Source: Desulfobaccales bacterium (GTDB taxonomy: Bacteria > Desulfobacterota > Desulfobaccia > Desulfobaccales > 0-14-0-80-60-11). From it: a DNA stretch of 64,000 bases. Under the pieces are notes generated by a model. It ran no database searches. It was not told the DNA's origin and was given only the letters and a program-made list of their open reading frames with translations. Where the stretch lies: contig JBKQKO010000124.1 of assembly GCA_052147455.1 (NCBI GenBank), positions 4,618 to 68,617 of the forward strand, read 5' to 3'. Every line of letters starts with the position of its first letter. The stretch's first letter is position 1. Below are positions 55,351 to 64,000 of the stretch, one piece after another. Position numbers and translations under genes: made by a program.

Positions 55351-57641
55351 TATTGTGCACCTCCGTGTTGCGAGACTTCACCGCATAGGTCTTTTGGGAT
55401 TTCCTCTGGCTTGACGAGATAGATGCGACACAAATTAAAACGAAGAGACCAGGTGCCCATTTCTGCTCCGCAAACATCATCTTCATCTTCGGTCAATACA
55501 TTTATATTGGATAACCAGACCCCAAAAAGGGAAGGTTCAGATTCCGGCATCTCCGGATACCACCAGTCAAAGTCGGCGTGGACCACGCGGGGATCTATGC
55601 CTGCAAAAATCTTACATTTCTGCATTACCCGGCCACGCCGTGTCTCAATCCAAACCCACTGGCCGTCAGAGATCCCAAGTCTCCGGCAGGTTTCCGGATG
55701 CACTTCTACTACTGGGAAAGGATACTGTTTCCGGATGACGGATACCTGGCGCCAGTCGGTATGCATATACTCTATCCGGCGAGCTCCGTTGATCATTATC
55801 AGGGGGAACTCTTTGGACAACTCCGGCTGACTAATAGGCGTGATGGGTTCTTCCTGATATTGCGGTAACGGATCGTAACCGAGCTTTTTGAGCAAGGTAG
55901 AATATAATTCTACTTTCTTGGTCGGGGTGGCGAATCCGATCTTCTCGTATTGTTGGTACTGAGGTGGATTAAGGATCTGCTTAACCCTGTCCCGGGCAAA
56001 TTTTTCAAACTTGAGACCAAGAGCCTGAAAACGGTAATTCAGCATCTCTTCCGAGCTCTCCCAGGTCCAGTGTTCGCCCTGTCCCAATCGAATTCCCAGA
56101 CCTCGCCAAAACCCATACTCGTCACGGCGGTCGTATTCTCCGGGTAAGACAGCAGGCATAACCGCCGGGCTAGCCGTCAAGGTTCGGGCCAGGCCCAAGT
56201 AGGAATAGGCCTGTGGCTTTTCCAACCAGCTGGCAGCCGGCAAAACATAGTCAGCGAGAGCCCCGCTAGGCGTTTTAAAAGTGTCCATTACCACAAATAA
56301 ATCAAGTTCCTTCAAGGCATCATAGACCCTACGCGTATTAGCATGGGATACCATGGGATTGGAGCCCACACTGAACAGCGCCCTGATCGGATAAGGTTGG
56401 CTGGTCAAGATGGCCCGATAGAGGCTGGGGGCGTGCCCCTGGCCTAAATACCAAACCGGCGGTTCGGCCCGGCTTCCCCAGGTACGATAGGTCAGCTCTT
56501 CCAGTTCAGTCTGCAAGGGCCAGCCATGAAACTTGTACCGCTCCGTTCCGATCTGTTTTGCTTTTTGGGTGGCAGGGAGCAGGTCTGTCAGCTCCATCTC
56601 GCGGTCGGATAGGTAAAACGGATGGGGCCCTGGGAGCTCCTCTCCACCCTGCACATCAATATTGCCAGTCAAGGCCGCCAAGATCCATCTGGCATGAATT
56701 GCCGAAACAGCATTGGCCTGCTGTTCTACACCCATGCCTTCCACAAAAGCCGCCGGCTTCGTCATGGCATACAGACGTGCTGCATCCCGAATGAGCTGAG
56801 CCGGGACCCAGGTGACCTTTTCAGCTTCTTCCAGGTTGAATTGTTCAACTCTTGCCTTGAGTTCGTCAAAACCGTGGCACCACCGCGTAACAAAGTCATG
56901 GTCATAAAGATTCTCCTTAATGATGACGCGAATCATGGCCATCAGGAGAAAGGCATCGGTCCCGGGACGCAACTGCAGCCATAAGTCGGCTTCGGCTGAG
57001 GTCTCGGTTCTCCGGGGGTCAATCGCTATGAGCTTGGCACCTTGTTGGATTGCCGTCTTGCTGATCTCATATACGATTGGGCGGCTCACAAATGAGTTGC
57101 ATCCCAGCAGAACAATGCAACGGGTAGATGGCGTGATACTGAACGCCGGGTACCAACCTATGATCGCCCGGGCTACATTGACCCGGGGCCCCATACAAAT
57201 CGGCGATGGCCCGACGTAGTTGGGGCTGCCCCACAAGTTCATGAACCGGGTACCATACTCAAACTGGGCCCAGTTGTCTCCGCTAAGCAAGCCGACGGCC
57301 TCGGGCTGGTATTGCTTCCCAATTACCGACAAGCGCTCGGCAATCTCATCTAAAGCCTGCTCCCAAGAAACGGTCTCCCAACGTCCCGCACCTCTTGGTC
57401 CAGACCTTTTTAGGGGAAACTTGAGACGGTCTGGGTGATAAAGCCATTCCACCGCCGCAGCCCGGCGATAACACTTGACCCTTTGAGCCCCGGAGCACCT
57501 TTCCCCTAAAGAGTGATCCAAAGTTAAACGCAACAGACGCCGGTCCTTGACATGAGCCAGAATATGACAACGCCCTTTGCACCACTGGCAGATCGCGGGT
57601 CGTTTCTCTTCCATGGGTCCTATTGCTAATGGCCTTGCCAA
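55350..57641 (-). CDS. cytoplasmic molybdopterin (Mo/W-bisPGD, MopB-superfamily) oxidoreductase
   Basis: 763 aa. N-terminal CQWCKGRCH...C [4Fe-4S] motif, no twin-arginine signal. MopB blocks present (LIAIDPRRTETS, GSNPMVSH; C-terminal barrel VEVHPETCRRLGISDGQWVWIETRRG). Confidence 0.85.
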   Translation of the reverse strand: MARPLAIGPMEEKRPAICQWCKGRCHILAHVKDRRLLRLTLDHSLGERCSGAQRVKCYRRAAAVEWLYHPDRLKFPLKRSGPRGAGRWETVSWEQALDEIAERLSVIGKQYQPEAVGLLSGDNWAQFEYGTRFMNLWGSPNYVGPSPICMGPRVNVARAIIGWYPAFSITPSTRCIVLLGCNSFVSRPIVYEISKTAIQQGAKLIAIDPRRTETSAEADLWLQLRPGTDAFLLMAMIRVIIKENLYDHDFVTRWCHGFDELKARVEQFNLEEAEKVTWVPAQLIRDAARLYAMTKPAAFVEGMGVEQQANAVSAIHARWILAALTGNIDVQGGEELPGPHPFYLSDREMELTDLLPATQKAKQIGTERYKFHGWPLQTELEELTYRTWGSRAEPPVWYLGQGHAPSLYRAILTSQPYPIRALFSVGSNPMVSHANTRRVYDALKELDLFVVMDTFKTPSGALADYVLPAASWLEKPQAYSYLGLARTLTASPAVMPAVLPGEYDRRDEYGFWRGLGIRLGQGEHWTWESSEEMLNYRFQALGLKFEKFARDRVKQILNPPQYQQYEKIGFATPTKKVELYSTLLKKLGYDPLPQYQEEPITPISQPELSKEFPLIMINGARRIEYMHTDWRQVSVIRKQYPFPVVEVHPETCRRLGISDGQWVWIETRRGRVMQKCKIFAGIDPRVVHADFDWWYPEMPESEPSLFGVWLSNINVLTEDEDDVCGAEMGTWSLRFNLCRIYLVKPEEIPKDLCGEVSQHGGAQ

Positions 57642-57721
57642 TGGCCCGTAAGAAGATGAATCAAATGGTAAGGCCGTATGAGCTCGAAAAGTTAGGATGC
57701 TCCTTCACTTCCCAATTTATT

Positions 57722-59332
57722 TTAGTGAGCGGGAAAGGTCCGGAATTTGGCGGTACCATCACGTTCAACCTGTGCCACCAGCCCAAGCTCCCATTCTATG
57801 TACTCTCGTTTTGCCTGTTCTGGAGCATCCGGGTGCATATAAGGCATATACCACGTGTCATCCGGCTCGCTTAGCGCGTGCTCCATACCCTTCGTCGTCG
57901 GAAGCCCAGCGTTAATCCAAGCCGTAGTACCGCCATCTAAGACCAGGACATCGGGCGCAAATTTTATATCCTTTAAATCTCTGGCGGCGAGGTGAGCTAA
58001 AATGCCATCTTCAGATGTTAGTATAAGTGTTTTAAGGTGCTGGACTTTTGACAAGTCTATTCCCAATCGGGAACGTATTCCCCACCAGCCCCCTGGAATA
58101 TGTTTTTCTTTATAATATCCACTGGAAGCTACGTCGATTATCACTGTTTCTTTATCAGAGTTCTTCAGCAGCTTCGCAAGCTCCTCGGCTGTTAGAGTAT
58201 TGGCCTTCTCCAAGCCAGGTACGCGGGATCTATAAGGACCCTGAATCAAAGGCAAGCCGGTGATCCCATTTTCCAGCACTGAACAATCTGTCCAGCCCAT
58301 CTGAATTAACCAGGAGGCAGTCATGGTGGCACGGACCTCGGTATCGTCCAGTAATACCAGGCGAGCGTTGAAAACGCTGATATATTCATCAGTTGCCTGA
58401 ATAAGCTGCCCGCCCTGAACATTACGGGAACCTTTCAGATGCCCGGCTGCGAATTCATCCGGAAGCCGCACATCGATTACATACAGAGTCTTGTCGCTGC
58501 TCTCCCTCATCCACTTTTTCAAAGTGTCGTAAGCTATCTTTCTGACGCCGAACCGTTCGGCTACCCTGGCGGCGCCTTCCTTGGCTTTGGCAAGTCCTGC
58601 GAGTGACGGCGCCGGAGCTATTCGGGTTTGCCCGTAATCGAGTTCGAACCCGCTTAGCTGCCAGCCCATGGTACCATTTTCTAACGCGGCCACTGGATTC
58701 GGGATACCTGCGTTGACCAGCGATTGTGCCCCGATGATGCTCCGCGTGCGTCCGGCGCAATGGACTACGATCAGGGTGGCTGGATCGGTCACGGCGTCGT
58801 GTACCCGATAAACCAGATCGGCGCCCGGGGCGTTGGTACTTCCCGGGATGGTCATAAGGTGATATTCACTCGTTGGCCGGCAATCTAGAATGAATTGTTT
58901 TTCATGGTTAGCAACCTTCTGGTGCTCTTCTTGAGGAGTTATGAAAGGGGTATGGTATTTTTCGGCAATCCACTCGCCAAAGGCCTTGCTATAAGCACCA
59001 ACGCCGGAGAAAAGCTCAAATCCGGCATCACGCCAGCCCGAAATTCCTCCTTGGAGGATCGATACATTGATGTAACCCAGTTCGTGAAGACGCATGGCCG
59101 CTCTTTCATCCAGGCGCCATACATCCGGCGGACCCTCACTGATGAGCACGATTGGGGTCGCCAGTCGCGGCACCAGGTCGCTGATCATGATTTCGAGCTG
59201 ACTCAACGGAACACAGGAGGAAAGCAGAAGATGTTCCCTTGAAAAAGGGTTGCGTTCCCTCATGTCCAACAGGGTGATCTCCATATCGCTCTTGAGAAGG
59301 TCCTTAAGCTGGTGTGCTGTAATGTATTTCAT
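57722..59332 (-). CDS. multi-domain rhodanese-like sulfurtransferase
   Basis: About 536 aa from ATG 59332. Repeated rhodanese-type units. One active-site loop VHCAGRTRS (CRxGxR-type). Confidence 0.75.
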   Translation of the reverse strand: MKYITAHQLKDLLKSDMEITLLDMRERNPFSREHLLLSSCVPLSQLEIMISDLVPRLATPIVLISEGPPDVWRLDERAAMRLHELGYINVSILQGGISGWRDAGFELFSGVGAYSKAFGEWIAEKYHTPFITPQEEHQKVANHEKQFILDCRPTSEYHLMTIPGSTNAPGADLVYRVHDAVTDPATLIVVHCAGRTRSIIGAQSLVNAGIPNPVAALENGTMGWQLSGFELDYGQTRIAPAPSLAGLAKAKEGAARVAERFGVRKIAYDTLKKWMRESSDKTLYVIDVRLPDEFAAGHLKGSRNVQGGQLIQATDEYISVFNARLVLLDDTEVRATMTASWLIQMGWTDCSVLENGITGLPLIQGPYRSRVPGLEKANTLTAEELAKLLKNSDKETVIIDVASSGYYKEKHIPGGWWGIRSRLGIDLSKVQHLKTLILTSEDGILAHLAARDLKDIKFAPDVLVLDGGTTAWINAGLPTTKGMEHALSEPDDTWYMPYMHPDAPEQAKREYIEWELGLVAQVERDGTAKFRTFPAH

Positions 59333-59572
59333 CTCTAAAATCCTTTCATACCATTCGAAGTGGGGAAGTCCGGGTGAGCCAAAGCGTGATTGAGAGACCC
59401 TGCTTGTGAGTGGGAGAGCCAAACCAGGAGCGGGTCGGCTCCAAGGCACCACAACACTCCACGGCGGTGTGACCTCCAGGTCTCATGGATACGCACACTC
59501 GCCGAGAGGAGTATCGGCGCATCCTGAACCACCATAAATCATGATCGCAGATTTCAAGTAACAGGCCTATGC

Positions 59573-60622
59573 TTAGTGAGGATATCTACCTTTGCTAAGT
59601 CCAACGTTTACCAGTGCCCTTAGATTGTCAGGGGACACCCCTGGGGGAACGGTGCAATCCGCAGAGAGGAAATAGCCCCCTCCCTTCGCAGCCTTGGCAA
59701 TGCACGAAGCTGCTTCGGCTTCGACCTGTTCAGGCGTGCCCTGGAGAAGCGTATCTACAGCCTTGACATTGCCCATGAGGGTGATTTTGGATCCAAAGTT
59801 CTTCTTAAGATCTGCCAAATCCACCTTGTCCACATGCAGGATATCGACGTTTTCGTCTGTGACCAGATCGAAACGGTCATTCCAGTTGCCACAGGTATGG
59901 AACATGATCTTGACATCCTTATGGCCTTTGATATCCGAGAACATGCGCTTGGTATAGGGATGTGAGAATTCCTTATAGTGGTCGTACCTGATGCAATCTT
60001 TATTAGCTACGGGATTCGACAAACAAATGATGTCGGCTCCGGCATCCGTAAGGGCTTTGCTATAGGCTGTACAGGGACCGATCACGGTCTCCAGCAACTC
60101 TTTGACAAAACCAGGATCCAGCATGATGTCGAGGTATAGCTGGCTGGAACCCCTTAACATACACGCCGTTCTGAAAGGGGGGGAAACCCATGCACATATC
60201 GGTATGTCCTCCCCGAGTTTTGCTTTGAGCCCGCGGACGACATTGAGAAGGAAAGGCATCCTGCCATCTTTTTGCGGATCGATTTTGGTTTTGAGCTTCT
60301 TAATGTCGCCCTTGTCCTTCAGCAGGGGCTGAGAGATCCATGGAGCATCGTCTTCGGGCAATTCCACGTGGGCTCCCAAGGCCTCATCCACCGCGGGAGT
60401 ACACCAGATATCGAAAGCGGCATCGATATGAAAATCTTTGATAAGTCTGGCCTGGGCATCGACGTATTTATTTCCATCGGCCCAAATGTCGGCAAAGGTA
60501 TACCCTGAATAACGGATGGAGATTTCCCTGGAAGCAATTACAATGGGCACCCGGTCAGCTTCACGGTGAGCCATGGCCTCAAACACCCGTTCCCGAGAGC
60601 TCATCTGCGGTGTCTTACTCAT
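59573..60622 (-). CDS. uroporphyrinogen-decarboxylase-family (MtaA/MtbA-like) corrinoid methyltransferase
   Basis: 349 aa with a URO-D-family pattern (ERVFEAMAHREADRVP...FHTCGN...). Adjacent to a corrinoid protein gene. Confidence 0.75.
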   Translation of the reverse strand: MSKTPQMSSRERVFEAMAHREADRVPIVIASREISIRYSGYTFADIWADGNKYVDAQARLIKDFHIDAAFDIWCTPAVDEALGAHVELPEDDAPWISQPLLKDKGDIKKLKTKIDPQKDGRMPFLLNVVRGLKAKLGEDIPICAWVSPPFRTACMLRGSSQLYLDIMLDPGFVKELLETVIGPCTAYSKALTDAGADIICLSNPVANKDCIRYDHYKEFSHPYTKRMFSDIKGHKDVKIMFHTCGNWNDRFDLVTDENVDILHVDKVDLADLKKNFGSKITLMGNVKAVDTLLQGTPEQVEAEAASCIAKAAKGGGYFLSADCTVPPGVSPDNLRALVNVGLSKGRYPH

Positions 60623-60653
60623 CAGCTTTCTCCTTGATCGCGAGGACCACGAA

Positions 60654-61289
60654 CTAGTTTTTTCCGAATTCTTTCAGAAGATCGACCGCGGCGACGGCAT
60701 CTTCGGCATAAGCGTCAGCGCCGATCCGATCGGCGAATGCTTTATTCAAAGGCGCCCCCCCGATGATCACTTTGACCTGGTCTCGGAGATTTTGCTCTTG
60801 CAGCAGGTCAATCACATTTTTCATTTCCATCATAGTGGTGGTGAGCATGGCGCTCATCCCCAGTATCTGGGGCTTTTTCTCTATCACTGTTTCGGCGAAC
60901 ACCTTTCCTGAGACATCAATGCCCAGGTCGACAACTTCGAAGCCAGCGGCTTCAATGAGCATAATGACGATATTTTTTCCAACATCGTGAAGATCGCCTT
61001 TCACAGTTCCAATCACAATTCTACCCGCCTTGCCGAAAGTTCCACTCACCAACAGCGGCTTAAGTAGATTAACAGCTTGTTTCATAGTCTCTGCACTGAG
61101 GAGAACCTCAGGAATATACATTTCCTCTGCTTTAAAGCGTTGACCGACAATTTCCATGCCAGAGAGTAACCCCTGGTTTATGATTTGCAGCGGCTCATAG
61201 TTATTATCGATTGCCTCGCGAGTAAGACGTTCAATTTCGCCTATTTTACCTTCGATCACCGCCTCACCAAGACGCTTAAGGATATCCAT
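60654..61289 (-). CDS. corrinoid (B12-binding) protein
   Basis: B12-binding DxHxxG motif (GDLHDVGKNIV) and SAMLTTTM block, with an N-terminal helical cap. Start taken at ATG 61289. Confidence 0.85.
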   Translation of the reverse strand: MDILKRLGEAVIEGKIGEIERLTREAIDNNYEPLQIINQGLLSGMEIVGQRFKAEEMYIPEVLLSAETMKQAVNLLKPLLVSGTFGKAGRIVIGTVKGDLHDVGKNIVIMLIEAAGFEVVDLGIDVSGKVFAETVIEKKPQILGMSAMLTTTMMEMKNVIDLLQEQNLRDQVKVIIGGAPLNKAFADRIGADAYAEDAVAAVDLLKEFGKN

Positions 61290-61463
61290 ATTGATGCCCC
61301 CCACTTATCTTAATCTTAACGATGTCAATCAATACCAGCCAAGTAAACCTGGGTCTTATTATTCAATATTTAATAGCACCTTTAGGTATTACCCGAACCA
61401 GATGATTAGATGCTTTCAATCATGGTTAGGTGCTGTCATCATATTCAACATTTATTATCATAG

Positions 61464-62192
61464 TTAAGCTTCCGCCAATGATCTGAAGATTTTCGTGGTC
61501 CCACCCTCCGGAGGGGAATCGGCATGCAATTGCTCCCATTTATCCAGGTATTGCGCAGATTCTTCAATGTGGGCCCGCATAAGCCTTTCAGCCTTATCAG
61601 CCTCACGTTTTTCAAACAAATCTATAAGTTCAAGATGTTGGGCCAAGGCACTCTTCAATCGGGGCAGGAAACCAGATGTACGGAAGCGGATAAGCCGCAT
61701 ATGGTCATAGAGGGTTTTGGCAATATCAATCAATATACCGCAGTCACTGCGCTTTAATATAAATTCATGAAATTTGATGTTCGCCTGAGAGAATTCATAG
61801 CGTTGTTTTTCGAGAACTGAATTGAGAAACGGAGTAAACATTGCTCTCATTCTGGCAAAGTCTTCGCGGCTGAAATTATGGGTGGCCAAACGCGCCGACA
61901 TGCCTTCCAAGGTTGCACGTACCATAAGAATCGAAATAATTTCTTTCTTGCTTTTCCTGACAATAAATACTCCCCTGTAGGGCACCACTTCCAGAAAACC
62001 TTCTGCTGCCAGCCGATTAAAGGCTTCTCGCACCGGCGTTCGGCTCACTTTTAGCTGGGCAACCAGTTCCTTTTCATCTAATTTGCTGCTTTGGGGTTGG
62101 TCCCTGAGATCCGTTGTCAGTATGTACTCTTTGATGGCGTCGTAGGCCTTTTCACTGAGCCGTAAATGGCCGCTAAGAGCTATGGGCTTCAT
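61464..62192 (-). CDS. GntR-family (FadR/FCD-type) transcriptional regulator
   Basis: N-terminal wHTH (LVAQLKVSRTPVREAFNRLAAEGFLEVVPYRGVFI) plus a helical FCD-like C-domain. Confidence 0.85.
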   Translation of the reverse strand: MKPIALSGHLRLSEKAYDAIKEYILTTDLRDQPQSSKLDEKELVAQLKVSRTPVREAFNRLAAEGFLEVVPYRGVFIVRKSKKEIISILMVRATLEGMSARLATHNFSREDFARMRAMFTPFLNSVLEKQRYEFSQANIKFHEFILKRSDCGILIDIAKTLYDHMRLIRFRTSGFLPRLKSALAQHLELIDLFEKREADKAERLMRAHIEESAQYLDKWEQLHADSPPEGGTTKIFRSLAEA

Positions 62193-62253
62193 ATTTTATG
62201 CCTCTTGGGTGATTAGGTGTTATTTCCTTTGCCCAATCGTTCTAAAGTATTTC

Positions 62254-62961
62254 TCACATACCGAGGTAGGCCTTGGTCAGGCGGTCGTCTTGCAACAATC
62301 GCTTTCCAGTGTCCTCCAGGACGATGATGCCATTTTCTATGACATAGCCAAAATCTGCGATAGAGAGAGAGTGGTGGACATTCTGTTCTACGAGCAGCAC
62401 CGTGGTACCCTGAGAACGAATGCTCCGGATCAGTTCGAAGATCTTTTCGACAAAGAGAGGCGCCAGCCCCATAGTGGGCTCGTCCAGCATCAGCAGTTTA
62501 GGCTCAGCCATGAGGCCGCGCCCGACAGCCAGCATTTGCTGTTCGCCGCCAGACAGGGATCCGGCAAGTTGCTGTCGCCGTTCCTTTAACACTGGGAGCA
62601 AGTCAAGGACACGGGCAAGGTTTTCCTTTTTCTGGGCTCTAGCCCTGGGACAATAGCACCCCATATCCAAATTCTCCATGACGCTCATGAAAGGGAAAAC
62701 TCGACGGCCCTCCGGAACTTGCACAAGCCCAAGATCAACAATCCGGTGGGGAGGAAGCTGGTCGATCCGCTTCCCGAGGAACTCAATCTGCCCACTCTTC
62801 TGGTCAATAATGCCGGAGATGCAGTTAATGGTGGTACTTTTGCCAGCCGCATTGGGACCGACTAGAGTCACAATTTGTCCAGCATCAATTTCAAGGGAGA
62901 CCCCACGTAGCGCCTGAATATCACCATAGTAGGAATAAAGATTTTTGATGCTTAGTAACAT
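62254..62961 (-). CDS. HAAT-family ABC transporter ATP-binding protein, LivF-like (set 3)
   Basis: GPNAAGKST, LSGGEQQ and LMLDEPT motifs. Confidence 0.9.
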   Translation of the reverse strand: MLLSIKNLYSYYGDIQALRGVSLEIDAGQIVTLVGPNAAGKSTTINCISGIIDQKSGQIEFLGKRIDQLPPHRIVDLGLVQVPEGRRVFPFMSVMENLDMGCYCPRARAQKKENLARVLDLLPVLKERRQQLAGSLSGGEQQMLAVGRGLMAEPKLLMLDEPTMGLAPLFVEKIFELIRSIRSQGTTVLLVEQNVHHSLSIADFGYVIENGIIVLEDTGKRLLQDDRLTKAYLGM

Positions 62962-62996
62962 GGGACCTACCTAAATATCCTTTAATGAACCGATCC

Positions 62997-63752
62997 TTAG
63001 TTATCCCCCAGCTCTGGTTCTCGGCATTCCGCTGGATGCGCGTAGGATTCACCCAGGTAGGCTTCAATCACCCGCCTGTCCTTGCAGATCTCAACCGGCG
63101 TTCCCATGGCGACCAGTTCTCCATGATGGAGAACAAAGATCCGCTGGCAGAGGCACATAACGGCAGCCATGACATGTTCGATCAGCACCACGCCGATGCC
63201 CGAGGCGTGGAGGCGCGCAATGGTAGCCGACATCTCCTGAACCTCTGGCAGGCTCAGCCCCCCCATAACTTCGTCCAGGAGCAAGAGCCTGGGCTTGGTC
63301 GCCAGAGCACGTGCCAGCTCCAGCTTCTTCCGAAGTCCGATGGGCAGACCCTGAGCGAGATCGGCAGCTCGATGGGAAAGTCCTACTTGTTCCAGCGCCC
63401 ATTCAGCCACTTCCCGGGCCTTTTTTGGGTGTCGTTCGTGGCAGAGCGCCCCAACCAGGGCGTTGTCAAGCAGACTCAGGTGACTGAAAGGTCGCGTCAA
63501 CTGAAAGGTGCGGCAAAGACCCAGGCGGGTGATTCGATGAGGTTTCCACCCTTTCAAGTCATAGCCGGCAAAGACCACCCGCCCCTCTGAAGGAGCGTAA
63601 TAGCCGCTGATCACGTTAAATAATGTGGTCTTTCCCGCTCCATTAGGACCGATCAGTCCCACCAACTCATGCCCACCTATCTGGAGGTCAACGTTCTTCA
63701 CGGCGACCAGGCCTCCAAATCGCATGGTAAGCGCGGATGTTTCCAACAGCAT
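62997..63752 (-). CDS. HAAT-family ABC transporter ATP-binding protein, LivG-like (set 3)
   Basis: GPNGAGKTT, LLLDE and VIEAYLG motifs. Confidence 0.9.
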   Translation of the reverse strand: MLLETSALTMRFGGLVAVKNVDLQIGGHELVGLIGPNGAGKTTLFNVISGYYAPSEGRVVFAGYDLKGWKPHRITRLGLCRTFQLTRPFSHLSLLDNALVGALCHERHPKKAREVAEWALEQVGLSHRAADLAQGLPIGLRKKLELARALATKPRLLLLDEVMGGLSLPEVQEMSATIARLHASGIGVVLIEHVMAAVMCLCQRIFVLHHGELVAMGTPVEICKDRRVIEAYLGESYAHPAECREPELGDN

Positions 63753-63767
63753 TAGCCCAACCTCGGG

Positions 63768-64000
63768 TTATGAGGGTAGAGAACGGAGTTGATCAGACCT
63801 CCGGCGCAAACGATCGCCTACCTCCACCACAATGCCCTTAGGCATGAATAACACGACCAGAACCAACAGCAGGCCATAGATTGCCATGCTGACCCCGCTG
63901 GCCGCGGTGCCGCTGAAAGCTGCCCGCAGGAAAATCTGCAGGGGGGTAATGAGCGCTGCGCCCAGTATGGGTCCGATGGCAGTGCCCATTCCCCCGATAA
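63768..64000 (-). CDS. HAAT-family permease, LivM-like (set 3), partial: runs off the window
   Basis: C-terminal TM segments ...GPILGAALITPLQIFL...YGLLLVLVVLFMPKGIV. The reading frame is open to the window edge. Confidence 0.7.
   Translation of the reverse strand, partial: IGGMGTAIGPILGAALITPLQIFLRAAFSGTAASGVSMAIYGLLLVLVVLFMPKGIVVEVGDRLRRRSDQLRSLPS

Overview
64-kb window, almost entirely minus-strand coded, from what looks like an anaerobic, GC-rich Desulfobacterota/Syntrophobacteria-like chromosome (taxonomy is inference only). GC statements below are judged by eye, not computed.

LEFT (1-32.8 kb, GC-rich, with REP-like palindromic repeats between genes):
- SGNH-like hydrolase and a DHOD-family TIM barrel.
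- ThiF-like and MoaD-like genes next to a tungsten-type aldehyde:ferredoxin oxidoreductase.
- A secreted His/aromatic-rich protein, a CAP-domain protein and a PilZ protein.
- A compact anaerobe-type nitrogenase cluster nifH-nifI1-nifI2-nifD-nifK-fdx-nifE-nifN-nifB with a sigma54-type promoter.
- A HAAT-family ABC transporter.
- An orphan secretin / lipoprotein / TPR-LytR_C operon.
- A modE-like gene plus tupABC (tungstate uptake).

CENTRE (33,060-38,041): a 4,982-bp IS1-family unit transposon with perfect 17-bp terminal inverted repeats and an 8-bp target duplication. It sits 7 bp upstream of the -35 box of tRNA-Arg(CCG). Its cargo is an m5C-methyltransferase/HNH/Vsr module, a membrane-tethered dCTP-deaminase-fold protein with two small partner ORFs, a basic-linker protein, and a tRNA-like RNA relic. 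This is my best candidate for an undescribed (defence-type) system.

RIGHT (38.2-64 kb):
- A second HAAT ABC transporter, a PAS protein and a truncated cyclase pseudogene.
- A ~17-kb co-directional cluster: GntR regulator, corrinoid protein, URO-D-family methyltransferase, multi-rhodanese protein, a cytoplasmic Mo/W-bisPGD oxidoreductase translationally coupled to a GrdE/GrdB-like pair, SSS and DASS transporters, a second GrdE/GrdB-like pair, GrdC, thioredoxin and GrdA.
- Three genes (grdA and both grdB-like genes) contain in-frame UGA (Sec) codons that the ORF track splits.
- A third HAAT transporter runs off the right edge.

Many long ORFs in the track are antisense or shadow frames of GC-rich genes and are not called.
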